Positions 30,552 to 39,533 of a DNA stretch of 64,000 nucleotides are shown in pieces. A program made the translations under genes and the position numbers. The stretch comes from Bacillota bacterium (lineage in GTDB: Bacteria > Bacillota > Sulfobacillia > JBFMBV01). Position 1 is the first letter of the stretch, and each line of letters begins with the position of its first letter. The stretch lies in assembly GCA_040755005.1 (NCBI GenBank), contig JBFMBV010000004.1, positions 8,013 to 72,012 of the forward strand. Reading direction: 5' to 3'. The notes under the pieces are model-generated. The model was not told the origin of the DNA, did not search any database, and was given only the letters and a program-made list of their open reading frames with translations.

Positions 30552-32345
30552 CTACACAGCCTCCTGGCCCTTGAACTGACGCTCATACAGGCTGGAGTAC
30601 AGGCCACCCTTGGCCAGGAGTTCTTGGTGGACGCCGGTCTCCACGATCCGCCCGTCAGCCATGACGACGATCTTGTCGGCGTTCCTGATGGTGGACAGCC
30701 GGTGGGCGATGACCAGGGACGTCCTGCCCTCCAGGAGCCTCCCCAAGGCGCGCTGGATCAGTACTTCGGTGTAGGCGTCCACCGCTGAGGTCGCCTCGTC
30801 CAGGACGAGGATGCGCGGGTCCCTGAGCAGCGCCCTGGCGAAGGCGACGAGCTGGCGTTGGCCGACAGACAGCTTTGCACCCCGTTCCTTGACCTCAGTG
30901 TCGTAGCCTTGGGGCAGTTTGACGATGAACTCATGGGCGTTGACGGCCTTGGCCGCTGCCTCTACCTCGGCATCGGTGGCGTCCAGGCGTCCATACCGGA
31001 TGTTGTCCCGCACCGTGCCGGAGAACAGGAAGGTGTCCTGCAGGACGATGCCCATCTGCCGCCTGAGGGACCCGAGGGCGACCTCCCGGATGTCGCGCCC
31101 GTCCACCAGGACCGCCCCGGCCTGGGGGTCGTAGAACCTGGCCAGCAGGTTGGCCAGGGACGTCTTGCCCGCCCCTGTCGGCCCGACCAGGGCCACCCGC
31201 TGGCCCGCTGTCAGCTCAAGGTTTACGCCGTGCAACACGGGCAGGTCCGGCCTGTACCCGAAGGTGACCCCTTCGAAGCGGATATCCCCCTTCAGCGCGG
31301 GCAGCGCAGCGGCCCCGGGCGCGTCCTTCACTTCAGGGTCCGTGTCGATGATGCCGAAGATCTTCTCGCTGGCCGCCATGGCCGACTGCAGGGTGTTGAA
31401 CACCTGGCTGAGGTCCCGGATGGGCTGGTAGAACCGGCCGGCGTAGTTGAGGAAGATCCACAGGGTACCCACGCTCAGGGTGCCCCCGATGATGGCCAGC
31501 CCGCCGGACCACAGCACGATGCAGGTGCCCAGGGCGCCGATGACCTCCACTACAGGGATGAACACCGAGAACAACGACGCAGCATGCATGTTGGCCTGCA
31601 GGTTCTCCATGTTGGTCTGGTCGAAGCGCTCCACGTTCCGCCGCTCCCGCGTGAAGCTTTGGGTCACCCGGACCCCCGAGATCGACTCCTGCAGGTTAGC
31701 GTTGACGTTGGCCATCTTCGACCTGACCCGCCTGTAAGCGCGCAGCACCCGGTTCCGGAAGAGCGTAGCCGCCCAGACCAGCAGCGGCAGCGTAATGAAG
31801 GTGAGCAGGGCAAGTTTCCAGTTCAGGAAGAGCATGATGGTGACAATACCCACCAGGGTGACGACATCGGAGACCACATGCACGATGCCGCTGCTGATGA
31901 GCTCGTTGAGGGCCTCTACGTCGTTGGTGACCCGGGACATGACCACACCCGCCGGGTGCCTGTCATAGAACTTGAAGGTTAGGGTCTGGAGATGGTCGAA
32001 CAGATCCTGCCGGATTCGCAGGATAGCCCGCTGGCCGACGTAGGCCATGAGGTAGGTCTGCCAGTACGTCCCCGCCCACGCGACCAGATGGGTGCCCACG
32101 TAGATGACCGCCAGCACTCCCAGCCCGGACGTCTCGCCGGAGATGATATGGTTGTCCAGCGCCCGGCCTAGCAGGACCGGGCCGATCAGGCCCACTCCCG
32201 ACACCAGCAACATGCACGCGACCGCGGCAGCGAGCAGCCAGCGGTAAGGCAGGGTATAGGACAGCAGCCGGGACAGCAGCTGCGGAGCGAACGGGACGTT
32301 GTCGTCGTCGCCGATGCCTGACCCGTGGATCATGTGCATGCCCAC
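30552..32345 (-). CDS. ABC exporter ATP-binding/permease protein (heterodimer half with a degenerate signature motif)
   Basis: 597-aa ORF with a six-TM exporter domain followed by an NBD. Walker A GPTGAGKTS, signature LSVGQRQ (degenerate versus LSGGQ) and Walker B ILVLDEATSAVD. Confidence 0.85.
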   Translation of the reverse strand: MGMHMIHGSGIGDDDNVPFAPQLLSRLLSYTLPYRWLLAAAVACMLLVSGVGLIGPVLLGRALDNHIISGETSGLGVLAVIYVGTHLVAWAGTYWQTYLMAYVGQRAILRIRQDLFDHLQTLTFKFYDRHPAGVVMSRVTNDVEALNELISSGIVHVVSDVVTLVGIVTIMLFLNWKLALLTFITLPLLVWAATLFRNRVLRAYRRVRSKMANVNANLQESISGVRVTQSFTRERRNVERFDQTNMENLQANMHAASLFSVFIPVVEVIGALGTCIVLWSGGLAIIGGTLSVGTLWIFLNYAGRFYQPIRDLSQVFNTLQSAMAASEKIFGIIDTDPEVKDAPGAAALPALKGDIRFEGVTFGYRPDLPVLHGVNLELTAGQRVALVGPTGAGKTSLANLLARFYDPQAGAVLVDGRDIREVALGSLRRQMGIVLQDTFLFSGTVRDNIRYGRLDATDAEVEAAAKAVNAHEFIVKLPQGYDTEVKERGAKLSVGQRQLVAFARALLRDPRILVLDEATSAVDAYTEVLIQRALGRLLEGRTSLVIAHRLSTIRNADKIVVMADGRIVETGVHQELLAKGGLYSSLYERQFKGQEAV

Positions 32346-34181
32346 CTATGCCAGCCCCCTCTCCGGCGCCGTCCCGCCGGGTTCCTGCGGGCGCAGTTGG
32401 AGCTCATAGATCTGCCTATACGGCTCACAGCGGTCCAGCAGGTCCTCATGGCGCCCCATGTCCGCGATGGCGCCGTCCTCCAGCACCACGATGAGGTCCG
32501 CCCGCTTGACCGTGGACAGCCGTTGGGCGATGACGAAGGTGGTGCGTCCCCGCATCAGCTCGCTCAGGGCCTCTTGAATGAGGTGCTCGGTCTCCGTGTC
32601 CACGCTGGAGGTGGAGTCGTCGAGGATCAGGATGCGCGGGTCCATCAGCAGGGCCCTGGCGATGGCGACCCGCTGCTTCTGGCCGCCGGACAGCCCAACC
32701 CCCCGCTCCCCAACCAGCGTCGCATAACCATCCGGCAGGCTGACGATGAAGTCATGGATGCGGGCCGCCTTAGCGGCGGCCACGATCTGCTCGTGGGTGG
32801 CCCCGGACCTGCCGTAGGCGATGTTCTCTTTGATCGAGGCCGAGAAGAGGAAGGTCTCCTGGAGCACGATGCCGATCTGACGGCGTAAGGACTTCAGGGT
32901 CACATCCCTGATGTCATGGCCGTCAATGGTGAGGCGCCCCTCGCTGGGGTCGTAGAACCTGGGGATGAGGTTGATGACCGTGGATTTGCCTGAGCCGGTG
33001 GCCCCCAGGAGCGCGACCGTACGTCCGGGTGGCACCCGCAGGTCAAAGCCCCGTAGGGCCGTCTGCACAGGCGCCGCTCCCCGGACCGCGCCGGCAGGTT
33101 GCGCGGCGGCGCCTGCTGTGGCCTCCCTCGAGGCGCCGTACGCGAAGGAAACCCCCTCGAAGCTAACCGCCCCTTCCACGGGCGGCAACTCGATCGCGCC
33201 AGGCCGCTCCTCAATGTCGGAGCTCGTGTCGAGGATCTCGAACACGCGCTGGCTGGAGGCTATAGCCCGCTGGGCCAGGTTGACGACCCAGCCCAGCATG
33301 CGCATGGGGTTAACCAGCAACATCAGGTAGGCGTTGAACGCCACCAGCCCGCCCACGGTCAACCGCCCCGCAGCCACCGACAGGCCCCCATACCAGATGA
33401 TAGCCGCAGAGCCGATGCCGGTCAGGAAGTTGATCAAAGGGAAGTAATAGGCCCACAGCCTGACCGCGGCGAGGGTCTTCTCAAGGTACGTCCGGTTCTG
33501 ACGGGCGAACTTCTCGCGTTCGTACCCCTCCTGAGCGAAGGCGCGCACCACCCGCACCCCCGTCACGTTCTCCTGGAGGCACGACGTCAGCTCTGCCAGC
33601 TGTTGCTGAATCTCGGTGTACGCAGGCCTGACCTTGGTGGCGAACCGGACGACAGTCATGGCCAGGAACGGGACCGTGGCCATGGCGACCAGGGTCAGCC
33701 GCCAGTCTATCCACAGCATCAAAGCCAAGGCGCCCAGCAAGGTGAGGACATTGCTGAGCAACTGCACCAGCCCGAAGCCCAGCGCACGCCGCAGTGTCTC
33801 GACATCCCCCGTAGCCCTGGACATCAGCTGGCCGGTCTGGGCGTGGTCGTAGAAACTGAAAGGGAGGGCCTGCAAGTGGGTGTATAAGGCGTTGCGAAGG
33901 TCATAGATCACCCGCTGGGCCATGTACTCCATGGAGTAGCGCTCCAGGAACACGAACAGCCCCCTCAGGACCGCGACCCCGACCACTGACAGGGCCAGGT
34001 ACTGGAGCAGGCGGGGATCCCTGGCCAGCACCACCAGGTCGATCACGGTCCTGATGATGCGGGGGATCACGAAATTCAGGCCCAGGGTGATCAGCATGCT
34101 CCCCAACCCGGCGAGGAGCCAGGGCCAGTAAGGGCGTACGTACCCCAGCAGTCTACGCAGTTGGCTCACGGGGCCCTCCAC
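32346..34181 (-). CDS. ABC exporter ATP-binding/permease protein (heterodimer half with Asp in place of the catalytic Glu)
   Basis: 611-aa ORF, six-TM domain plus NBD. Walker A GATGSGKST, canonical signature LSGGQKQ, Walker B ILILDDSTSSVD (D-D rather than D-E). Adjacent in tandem to the partner gene with no gap. Confidence 0.85.
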   Translation of the reverse strand: MEGPVSQLRRLLGYVRPYWPWLLAGLGSMLITLGLNFVIPRIIRTVIDLVVLARDPRLLQYLALSVVGVAVLRGLFVFLERYSMEYMAQRVIYDLRNALYTHLQALPFSFYDHAQTGQLMSRATGDVETLRRALGFGLVQLLSNVLTLLGALALMLWIDWRLTLVAMATVPFLAMTVVRFATKVRPAYTEIQQQLAELTSCLQENVTGVRVVRAFAQEGYEREKFARQNRTYLEKTLAAVRLWAYYFPLINFLTGIGSAAIIWYGGLSVAAGRLTVGGLVAFNAYLMLLVNPMRMLGWVVNLAQRAIASSQRVFEILDTSSDIEERPGAIELPPVEGAVSFEGVSFAYGASREATAGAAAQPAGAVRGAAPVQTALRGFDLRVPPGRTVALLGATGSGKSTVINLIPRFYDPSEGRLTIDGHDIRDVTLKSLRRQIGIVLQETFLFSASIKENIAYGRSGATHEQIVAAAKAARIHDFIVSLPDGYATLVGERGVGLSGGQKQRVAIARALLMDPRILILDDSTSSVDTETEHLIQEALSELMRGRTTFVIAQRLSTVKRADLIVVLEDGAIADMGRHEDLLDRCEPYRQIYELQLRPQEPGGTAPERGLA

Positions 34182-34264
34182 ATTTCGCTTAGCTGATATT
34201 ACCGTACACTAAGCACGTTACCATGAGGAAGGCCCAGCGTCAAGACGCCGGACCTGTTGAGGGC

Positions 34265-35617
34265 CTACGCCAGCTCGATGTTGGCTTCGGGGACCATCAC
34301 CCGTTGGCCGTCCTCGAGTTCTAGTTCCACAGCCTTGAGCCTCGCCTCAGTCTCCATGGCCATAGGCTCAGTGGGCAAGCCGGTGACGGTGCCCCACAGG
34401 CCGAAGTACGGCTTGCGCACGACCCTCACCCGCATGCCGACCGCCAGCTGATGCTCGGCCTCCGGGGCCAGGGGGCCGGACTCGGACCCGTCGGCGCGCG
34501 GGATGATGAGCTCGGGCCTGACTACCCCTGCCCGCACCTGGGTCGCCCCGTTGATGGACACCACCGCTCCGTCATGTCTTTGCAGCAGGGCAAAAGTGGG
34601 GGCGGCCATCGGCATGGAACCGAAGCCTTCTGTGATCAACAGGGTCAGGTCCAGGTCCTCCTGGCCCGTGACGGCGACGCCGATGGGCTGACCGATGAGG
34701 TCGCTCAGGTCGGCCACGTCGGCCCCACCCGCGACCACCCCGACAGCTCCCACAGCCAGCGCCTTGCGGAGTGCAGCCAGCGGGACATGGCTGCCGCCAA
34801 CCAGCACCTTGCCGGCGTGGGCCTCGGTGACCATGCCGTCGGTGAGGGGCTCGCCTGGACCGCGGGCGACGACCGAAAGCAGGCCGTGGTGTTCGCCACC
34901 CAGGCCGAAGATGCCCTGGACGTACGCCCCCTTCGTCTCGATCACCGCACCGCGTTCAGGGATGAGGTCGGTGACTGTGCCGCCGATGTACGCATCAAGC
35001 ATCGTGGGACGGGCGGGGCGCACAACGGTCACCGTCCCTGACCGGGAACACACCTTCTCCACCAGGCCGCTGATGGGACTGTAGACATACTCCAGCGTCC
35101 CCAGGGCTGAGGGCATGGCGGCGACGACCCCGCCCTGCCTCACTTCGGCGCCCTCCCGGACCGTGAGGTACATCCTCAGGCTCCCTGGCCATACCTGGAG
35201 CTGCTTGGCTACGGGGATGATGGCCATGGGCAGGGCGGACCGGGGATCCTCGCGGATGAGCACGCGTCCGTATGCGCGGGAGATGAACTCGACTGTGCCG
35301 CTCACCGGGGACTTGACCACCAGCACGTCGGCGAAGGCCCCCTTGACCATGCGGGCGATGACCTCATGGGTCGTGACCCGGTCACCGACTCGCTTGAGCG
35401 CGGCCCGATCCACTTCCTCCGGCGTCAGGCGCTTGTGGAAACCGGCGTTCAGGTCGATCACATACGGCTCGCCCGGCAGCACTTCACTCTTGGCCACCAG
35501 GGTATCGGGGGAGACCTCCTGGCCTCGCTTGACCAGCACTTCGCCAGGCAGGGGCAGATATCGCTCCCGCCTGATCAGGACTCGTTCGCGGACTTCCGCC
35601 TCATGCCTCCTGACCAT
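34265..35617 (-). CDS. hypothetical 450-aa protein with repeated lipoyl/biotinyl-like (barrel-sandwich-hybrid) motifs, translationally coupled to the GlmL-like ATPase
   Basis: Start ATG overlaps the stop of the upstream gene (ATGA at 35617). Motifs LPGEVLVKRGQEVSPDTLVAKSE, VKSPVSGTVEFIS and YSPISGLVEKV resemble hybrid-barrel halves. No TM segment or signal peptide. I cannot name a family. Confidence 0.55.
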   Translation of the reverse strand: MVRRHEAEVRERVLIRRERYLPLPGEVLVKRGQEVSPDTLVAKSEVLPGEPYVIDLNAGFHKRLTPEEVDRAALKRVGDRVTTHEVIARMVKGAFADVLVVKSPVSGTVEFISRAYGRVLIREDPRSALPMAIIPVAKQLQVWPGSLRMYLTVREGAEVRQGGVVAAMPSALGTLEYVYSPISGLVEKVCSRSGTVTVVRPARPTMLDAYIGGTVTDLIPERGAVIETKGAYVQGIFGLGGEHHGLLSVVARGPGEPLTDGMVTEAHAGKVLVGGSHVPLAALRKALAVGAVGVVAGGADVADLSDLIGQPIGVAVTGQEDLDLTLLITEGFGSMPMAAPTFALLQRHDGAVVSINGATQVRAGVVRPELIIPRADGSESGPLAPEAEHQLAVGMRVRVVRKPYFGLWGTVTGLPTEPMAMETEARLKAVELELEDGQRVMVPEANIELA

Positions 35618-37434
35618 CAGGCCTCACCTCCCTTGCCGGAGACTGCCTCGGCCGGATAGGCCTCTAGGGCGGCCAACCAGCTTCTCACCTGCTGCAGCCT
35701 GCCCTCGCCCCTGCCCAGCGGCTTCAAGGGCCTGCCGCGGCCGTCGAGGACCAGCCCGATCTCGCCCCCCCTGGCCTTGCCCAGGCGGCGCCGACCTTTC
35801 CCCTCACCAGCGTCATAGCCCCGCCCCGGCAGGATCTCCACGCCGACTTCCTCTCCAGCCGGGCACGGGATGACTCTCAGGATGCCCGCCTCCACGGTTT
35901 CGCTGACGACCCTGCCCGAAGCGAAGGTCAGGAGGACCTTGGCAATGGCGCCGCGCTCCGCGGCCGGTCCGGCAGGGCAGATGCAGGTGCCCAGCGGCAC
36001 CAGGCAATCACCCTCAAAGGCCTCCAAGGCCGCGTCAGGGTCAGCTTCGGCTAGGGCACCCAGTTGAGGCAACATGAACACACTGTCCACGTACAGCTCG
36101 GTGATGCCCTCGGGTTCGATGGAGTCGATCAGGATTAGCGCCGCCTGGGACCGCCGCGGCGCATGGGACAGCACGCCGCCGGAGCCGATGATGATACCGA
36201 CCTCGTTCATGACTATCAGGCTCTGGCCAGTGGTCTCCTGGGCCAGGCCCGCGTCCAAGCTGCGCTTCTGCTTGACGCCTTTCAGCCCCGCCACCACTGA
36301 GCGGTGGTGGGCGATGGACAGCCGTAGTGCCTCGCGCGCCATGGCATGCTCCAACATGAGTTCTTCCAGGGTCTGCGGGAGCGTGGTGGGCCGGATCATC
36401 TTATTGCCTGTCCAGTTCTGCAGCTCCCAGACGGTGGTCTCAAAGGGAAGCCACTGGAGGACCCGTTCCGGCTTGGCTTCCACCATCACGTTGGCCATGC
36501 TGTATGACATGCCCAGGTTGGCGCTAACAGTACGGTTGAAGGTCCCGTCCATCACTGAGAACACATCGGTGGTGGCACCGCCGATGTCGACTCCCAGGAC
36601 ATTGCGGCCGCGCCTCTGGGACAACAGCTTCATCATGGACCCGACCGCAGTCGGGGTAGGCATGACCGTGTTCCTGCTCCAGTCGAGCAGCTCCCGGTAT
36701 CCGGGGGCGTGGGCCATGACGTGCTCGAGGAACAGCTTGTGGATCTCGGCCCGCGCCGGTTCCAGGTCCTCTCGCTCCAGGGTGGGGCGGATGTTGTCCA
36801 CCATCCGTACGTCCATGGTCTCGCTGAGGATGTCGCTCACGTAGTCGCGGGCGTTCACGTTGCCAGCATAGATGACCGGCACCTTGAAGCCTGTCCCGAA
36901 CCGCGGCTGCGGGTGGGCAGCCTGGACGTACTCGGCCACTGCCAGCACATGCGAGGTGTTGCCGTGATCGGTCCCACCCGCCAGCAGGATCATGTCAGGC
37001 CGGAACTCCTTGAGTCTGCGGATGCGCTCCACGACCAACCGGGCATCATCGATGCTGATGACGTCCATGACGATGGCCCCCGCCCCCAGCGCTGCCCGGT
37101 TGGCGCTCTCAGCGGTCATGGTCTTGATCACCCCCGCCACCGCCATCTGCAGCCCGCCGCCGGCGCTCGACGTGGCCACAAACAGGTCAACGCCGGCGCC
37201 GTCCCGGTCAGTGGTGAGCAACCGGTCGTTGTCGAGCAACCTCAGCCCAGTGGTTGCCTCGACTTGGCGCACAGCGTTGCGGACTCCGACCATCACGTCT
37301 TCTGACGGTGCCTCGACCGTGGTCGGGGCCTGCCCGCGGGCGATCAGACCGAACTTCCCGTCCTTCACCCCGAGCAGGATCGCCTTAGAAGTCGTGCTGC
37401 CGACATCAATGGCCAGAACAGTGCGGGGCCGCAT
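35617..37434 (-). CDS. GlmL/MutL-family (glutamate-mutase-L / EutA-like) ASKHA-fold ATPase with a C-terminal Gly/Arg-rich extension
   Basis: 605-aa ORF. N-terminus MRPRTVLAIDVGSTTSKAILLG...TTVEAPSEDVMVGVRNA has the L.IDFGST.TK...TTVE..D...G pattern of GlmL-family proteins, and a second nucleotide-binding loop (GVDIGGATTDVFSV) is present. About 140 extra C-terminal residues have no match. SD GGGGG before the ATG. Confidence 0.65.
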   Translation of the reverse strand: MRPRTVLAIDVGSTTSKAILLGVKDGKFGLIARGQAPTTVEAPSEDVMVGVRNAVRQVEATTGLRLLDNDRLLTTDRDGAGVDLFVATSSAGGGLQMAVAGVIKTMTAESANRAALGAGAIVMDVISIDDARLVVERIRRLKEFRPDMILLAGGTDHGNTSHVLAVAEYVQAAHPQPRFGTGFKVPVIYAGNVNARDYVSDILSETMDVRMVDNIRPTLEREDLEPARAEIHKLFLEHVMAHAPGYRELLDWSRNTVMPTPTAVGSMMKLLSQRRGRNVLGVDIGGATTDVFSVMDGTFNRTVSANLGMSYSMANVMVEAKPERVLQWLPFETTVWELQNWTGNKMIRPTTLPQTLEELMLEHAMAREALRLSIAHHRSVVAGLKGVKQKRSLDAGLAQETTGQSLIVMNEVGIIIGSGGVLSHAPRRSQAALILIDSIEPEGITELYVDSVFMLPQLGALAEADPDAALEAFEGDCLVPLGTCICPAGPAAERGAIAKVLLTFASGRVVSETVEAGILRVIPCPAGEEVGVEILPGRGYDAGEGKGRRRLGKARGGEIGLVLDGRGRPLKPLGRGEGRLQQVRSWLAALEAYPAEAVSGKGGEA

Positions 37435-37509
37435 GCCCTACCCCCTTGTAGTCCCTCGCTTACTGCTAATACGCGGTTCGGCCCTGTTTGTTCCCCAGCA
37501 CCCTCGCGC

Positions 37510-38706
37510 TCAGCTATCGCCGGCCAGCTTGCGGACGGCTGCAGTCAGCGCGGGTATCACTTCGAACAGGTCGCCGACGATGCCGTAGGTGGCAGCCTTG
37601 AAGATGGGCGCGTCCGGATTCTTGTTGATGGCGACGATGATGTCTGAGGACTGCATCCCAGCCAGGTGCTGCACCGCCCCGGAAATGCCACAGGCGATGT
37701 ACACCTTCGGACCCACCGTCTTGCCGGTCTGGCCCACCTGATGTGAATAGGGTATCCAACCTGCGTCCACCGCCGCCCTTGACGCCCCGACAGCGCCCCG
37801 CAGGGCCCTCGCCAGCTCACCGATGAGGGCGAAGTGCTTCGGGTCGGCTAGCCCGCGGCCCCCCGACACGATCACGTCGGCCTCCTCGAGCTTCACCGAG
37901 TCCCCGCCCTCTTCGACTGCCTGCATCAGGCGGGTACGGGCAGGCCTGATGGCCTCGCCGCAGTCCACGGCCTCGATGTCCCCCCGGCGCCCTGAGTCGG
38001 CGGGAGCCCGCTTCATCACCCTCGGCCGCACCGTGGCCATCTGCGGCCGCATACGCGGGCACAGGATGGTTGCCATGATGTTGCCCCCGAACGCCGGGCG
38101 CGTCTGGCGGAGCAGGCCGGTATCGACCTCCACGTCCAGTCCGGTGCAATCGGCGGTCAGGCCGGTCCCCAGGCGCACGGCCAGCCGCGGGGCAAGGGAC
38201 CGTCCCACCGATGTGGCCCCGAACAAGAGGATGTTGGGCTTGCGCGCCCGCACCAGATGGAACAGGGCGTCCGTATAAGGTTCATCGAGGAAGTGGGCCA
38301 GGGCAGGGTGCTCGGCTACCAACACCCTGTCGGCCCCATGCTGGACCAAGTCCTGCGGGCCGTCCCCTAGGCCGTGGCCGGCCACGACTGCGACAAGTTC
38401 CTGGCCCAGCTTGTCCGCCAGAACCCGGCCGGCCCCCAAAAGCTCATAGCTGACTCCGGCCACACGGCCGTCCCTCTGTTCAGCGTAAACCCACACCCCG
38501 TTGGCCTCCTGGGCGGCCTCGGCGCGCTTCTCCACCGTAAGCTCGATGGCCTCCAGCGGGCAGCCGTCAACGCAGGCCCCACATAGGGTACAGGTGGGTC
38601 CGATGGTGCACTTGCCCTCGACCATGCTCAGGGCGCCGTAGGGGCAGGCGCTGAGGCAAGCCTCACAGCCTTCACACTTAGCTAAGACGATCCTGATGCC
38701 TTCCAT
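37510..38706 (-). CDS. etfA: electron transfer flavoprotein alpha subunit with an N-terminal 2x[4Fe-4S] ferredoxin domain
   Basis: 398-aa ORF. N-terminus carries [12 protein letters not shown] and [12 protein letters not shown] (two CxxCxxCxxxCP motifs), followed by the EtfA core ([17 protein letters not shown]...[12 protein letters not shown]). Confidence 0.9.
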   Translation of the reverse strand: MEGIRIVLAKCEGCEACLSACPYGALSMVEGKCTIGPTCTLCGACVDGCPLEAIELTVEKRAEAAQEANGVWVYAEQRDGRVAGVSYELLGAGRVLADKLGQELVAVVAGHGLGDGPQDLVQHGADRVLVAEHPALAHFLDEPYTDALFHLVRARKPNILLFGATSVGRSLAPRLAVRLGTGLTADCTGLDVEVDTGLLRQTRPAFGGNIMATILCPRMRPQMATVRPRVMKRAPADSGRRGDIEAVDCGEAIRPARTRLMQAVEEGGDSVKLEEADVIVSGGRGLADPKHFALIGELARALRGAVGASRAAVDAGWIPYSHQVGQTGKTVGPKVYIACGISGAVQHLAGMQSSDIIVAINKNPDAPIFKAATYGIVGDLFEVIPALTAAVRKLAGDS

Positions 38707-38723
38707 CCGCTTCTCGCCCCCCT

Positions 38724-39509
38724 TTAGACCGCCCCGGCGCGGCGGAGCCGCTCCAGCAGCCCCTCAGCTTGTTCCAGGGCACTGCCTGCCAGCAGTTCAC
38801 AGTCGCCTCTAAGTTCTGGGGTGAACACCCGTACGACCTCGGTGGCCGACCCCTTCAGCCCCACCCGCTCCGGGTCCACCCCGAGCTCGGTGGCCCCCCA
38901 CACCGTCACCGGCGCAGTGCGCGAACGCATCAGCCCTCTGAGGGTCGGGAGGCGGGGCTCGTTGATCTCCTTCACCACGGTGATCAGTGCCGGCAGGGGC
39001 AGCTCCAGTACGTCGTACCCGTACTCGGTCATGCGGTGCACCTGGATGCTGCCTTCGCCCACCTCGGCAACGCGTTTGACATAGGAAGCGTGGGGGATGT
39101 CCAGGAGCTCCGCAATGCCTGGGCCCACCTGGGCCGTATCTCCGTCGATGGCTTGCTTCCCGCAGATGATTAGGTCCGCCCCGCCCAACTTACTTACAGC
39201 TGCGGCCAGTGCGTACGAAGTGGCGAGGGTGTCTGCGCCAGCGAAGGCCCGGTCGCTAAGGAGCACCGCTTCATTGCAGCCCATGGCTAGCGCTTCCCGG
39301 AGCGCCGACTCCACTTGCGGCGGTCCCATGCTCAGGACGGTCACCGTCCCGCCGAGGCGCCCGGTGAGGCGGATACCTTCCTCCAGGGCGTACATGTCGA
39401 AGGGGTTGATGATGCTGGGGACCCCTTCGCGGATGAGCGTGTTCGTGTCTTTGTCCAACTTGACATCGGTGGTGTCCGGGACTTGCTTGATGCACACGAC
39501 GATCCTCAT
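38724..39509 (-). CDS. etfB: electron transfer flavoprotein beta subunit
   Basis: MRIVVCIKQVPDTTDVKLD... is the EtfB N-terminus. The ORF-track start is a TTG at 39515. The ATG at 39507-39509 is preceded by SD GGAGGAGG, which lies in the 18-nt gap after the SBP stop. Confidence 0.9.
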   Translation of the reverse strand: MRIVVCIKQVPDTTDVKLDKDTNTLIREGVPSIINPFDMYALEEGIRLTGRLGGTVTVLSMGPPQVESALREALAMGCNEAVLLSDRAFAGADTLATSYALAAAVSKLGGADLIICGKQAIDGDTAQVGPGIAELLDIPHASYVKRVAEVGEGSIQVHRMTEYGYDVLELPLPALITVVKEINEPRLPTLRGLMRSRTAPVTVWGATELGVDPERVGLKGSATEVVRVFTPELRGDCELLAGSALEQAEGLLERLRRAGAV

Positions 39510-39533
39510 TGGCAACGGTCGCCTCCTCCACTA

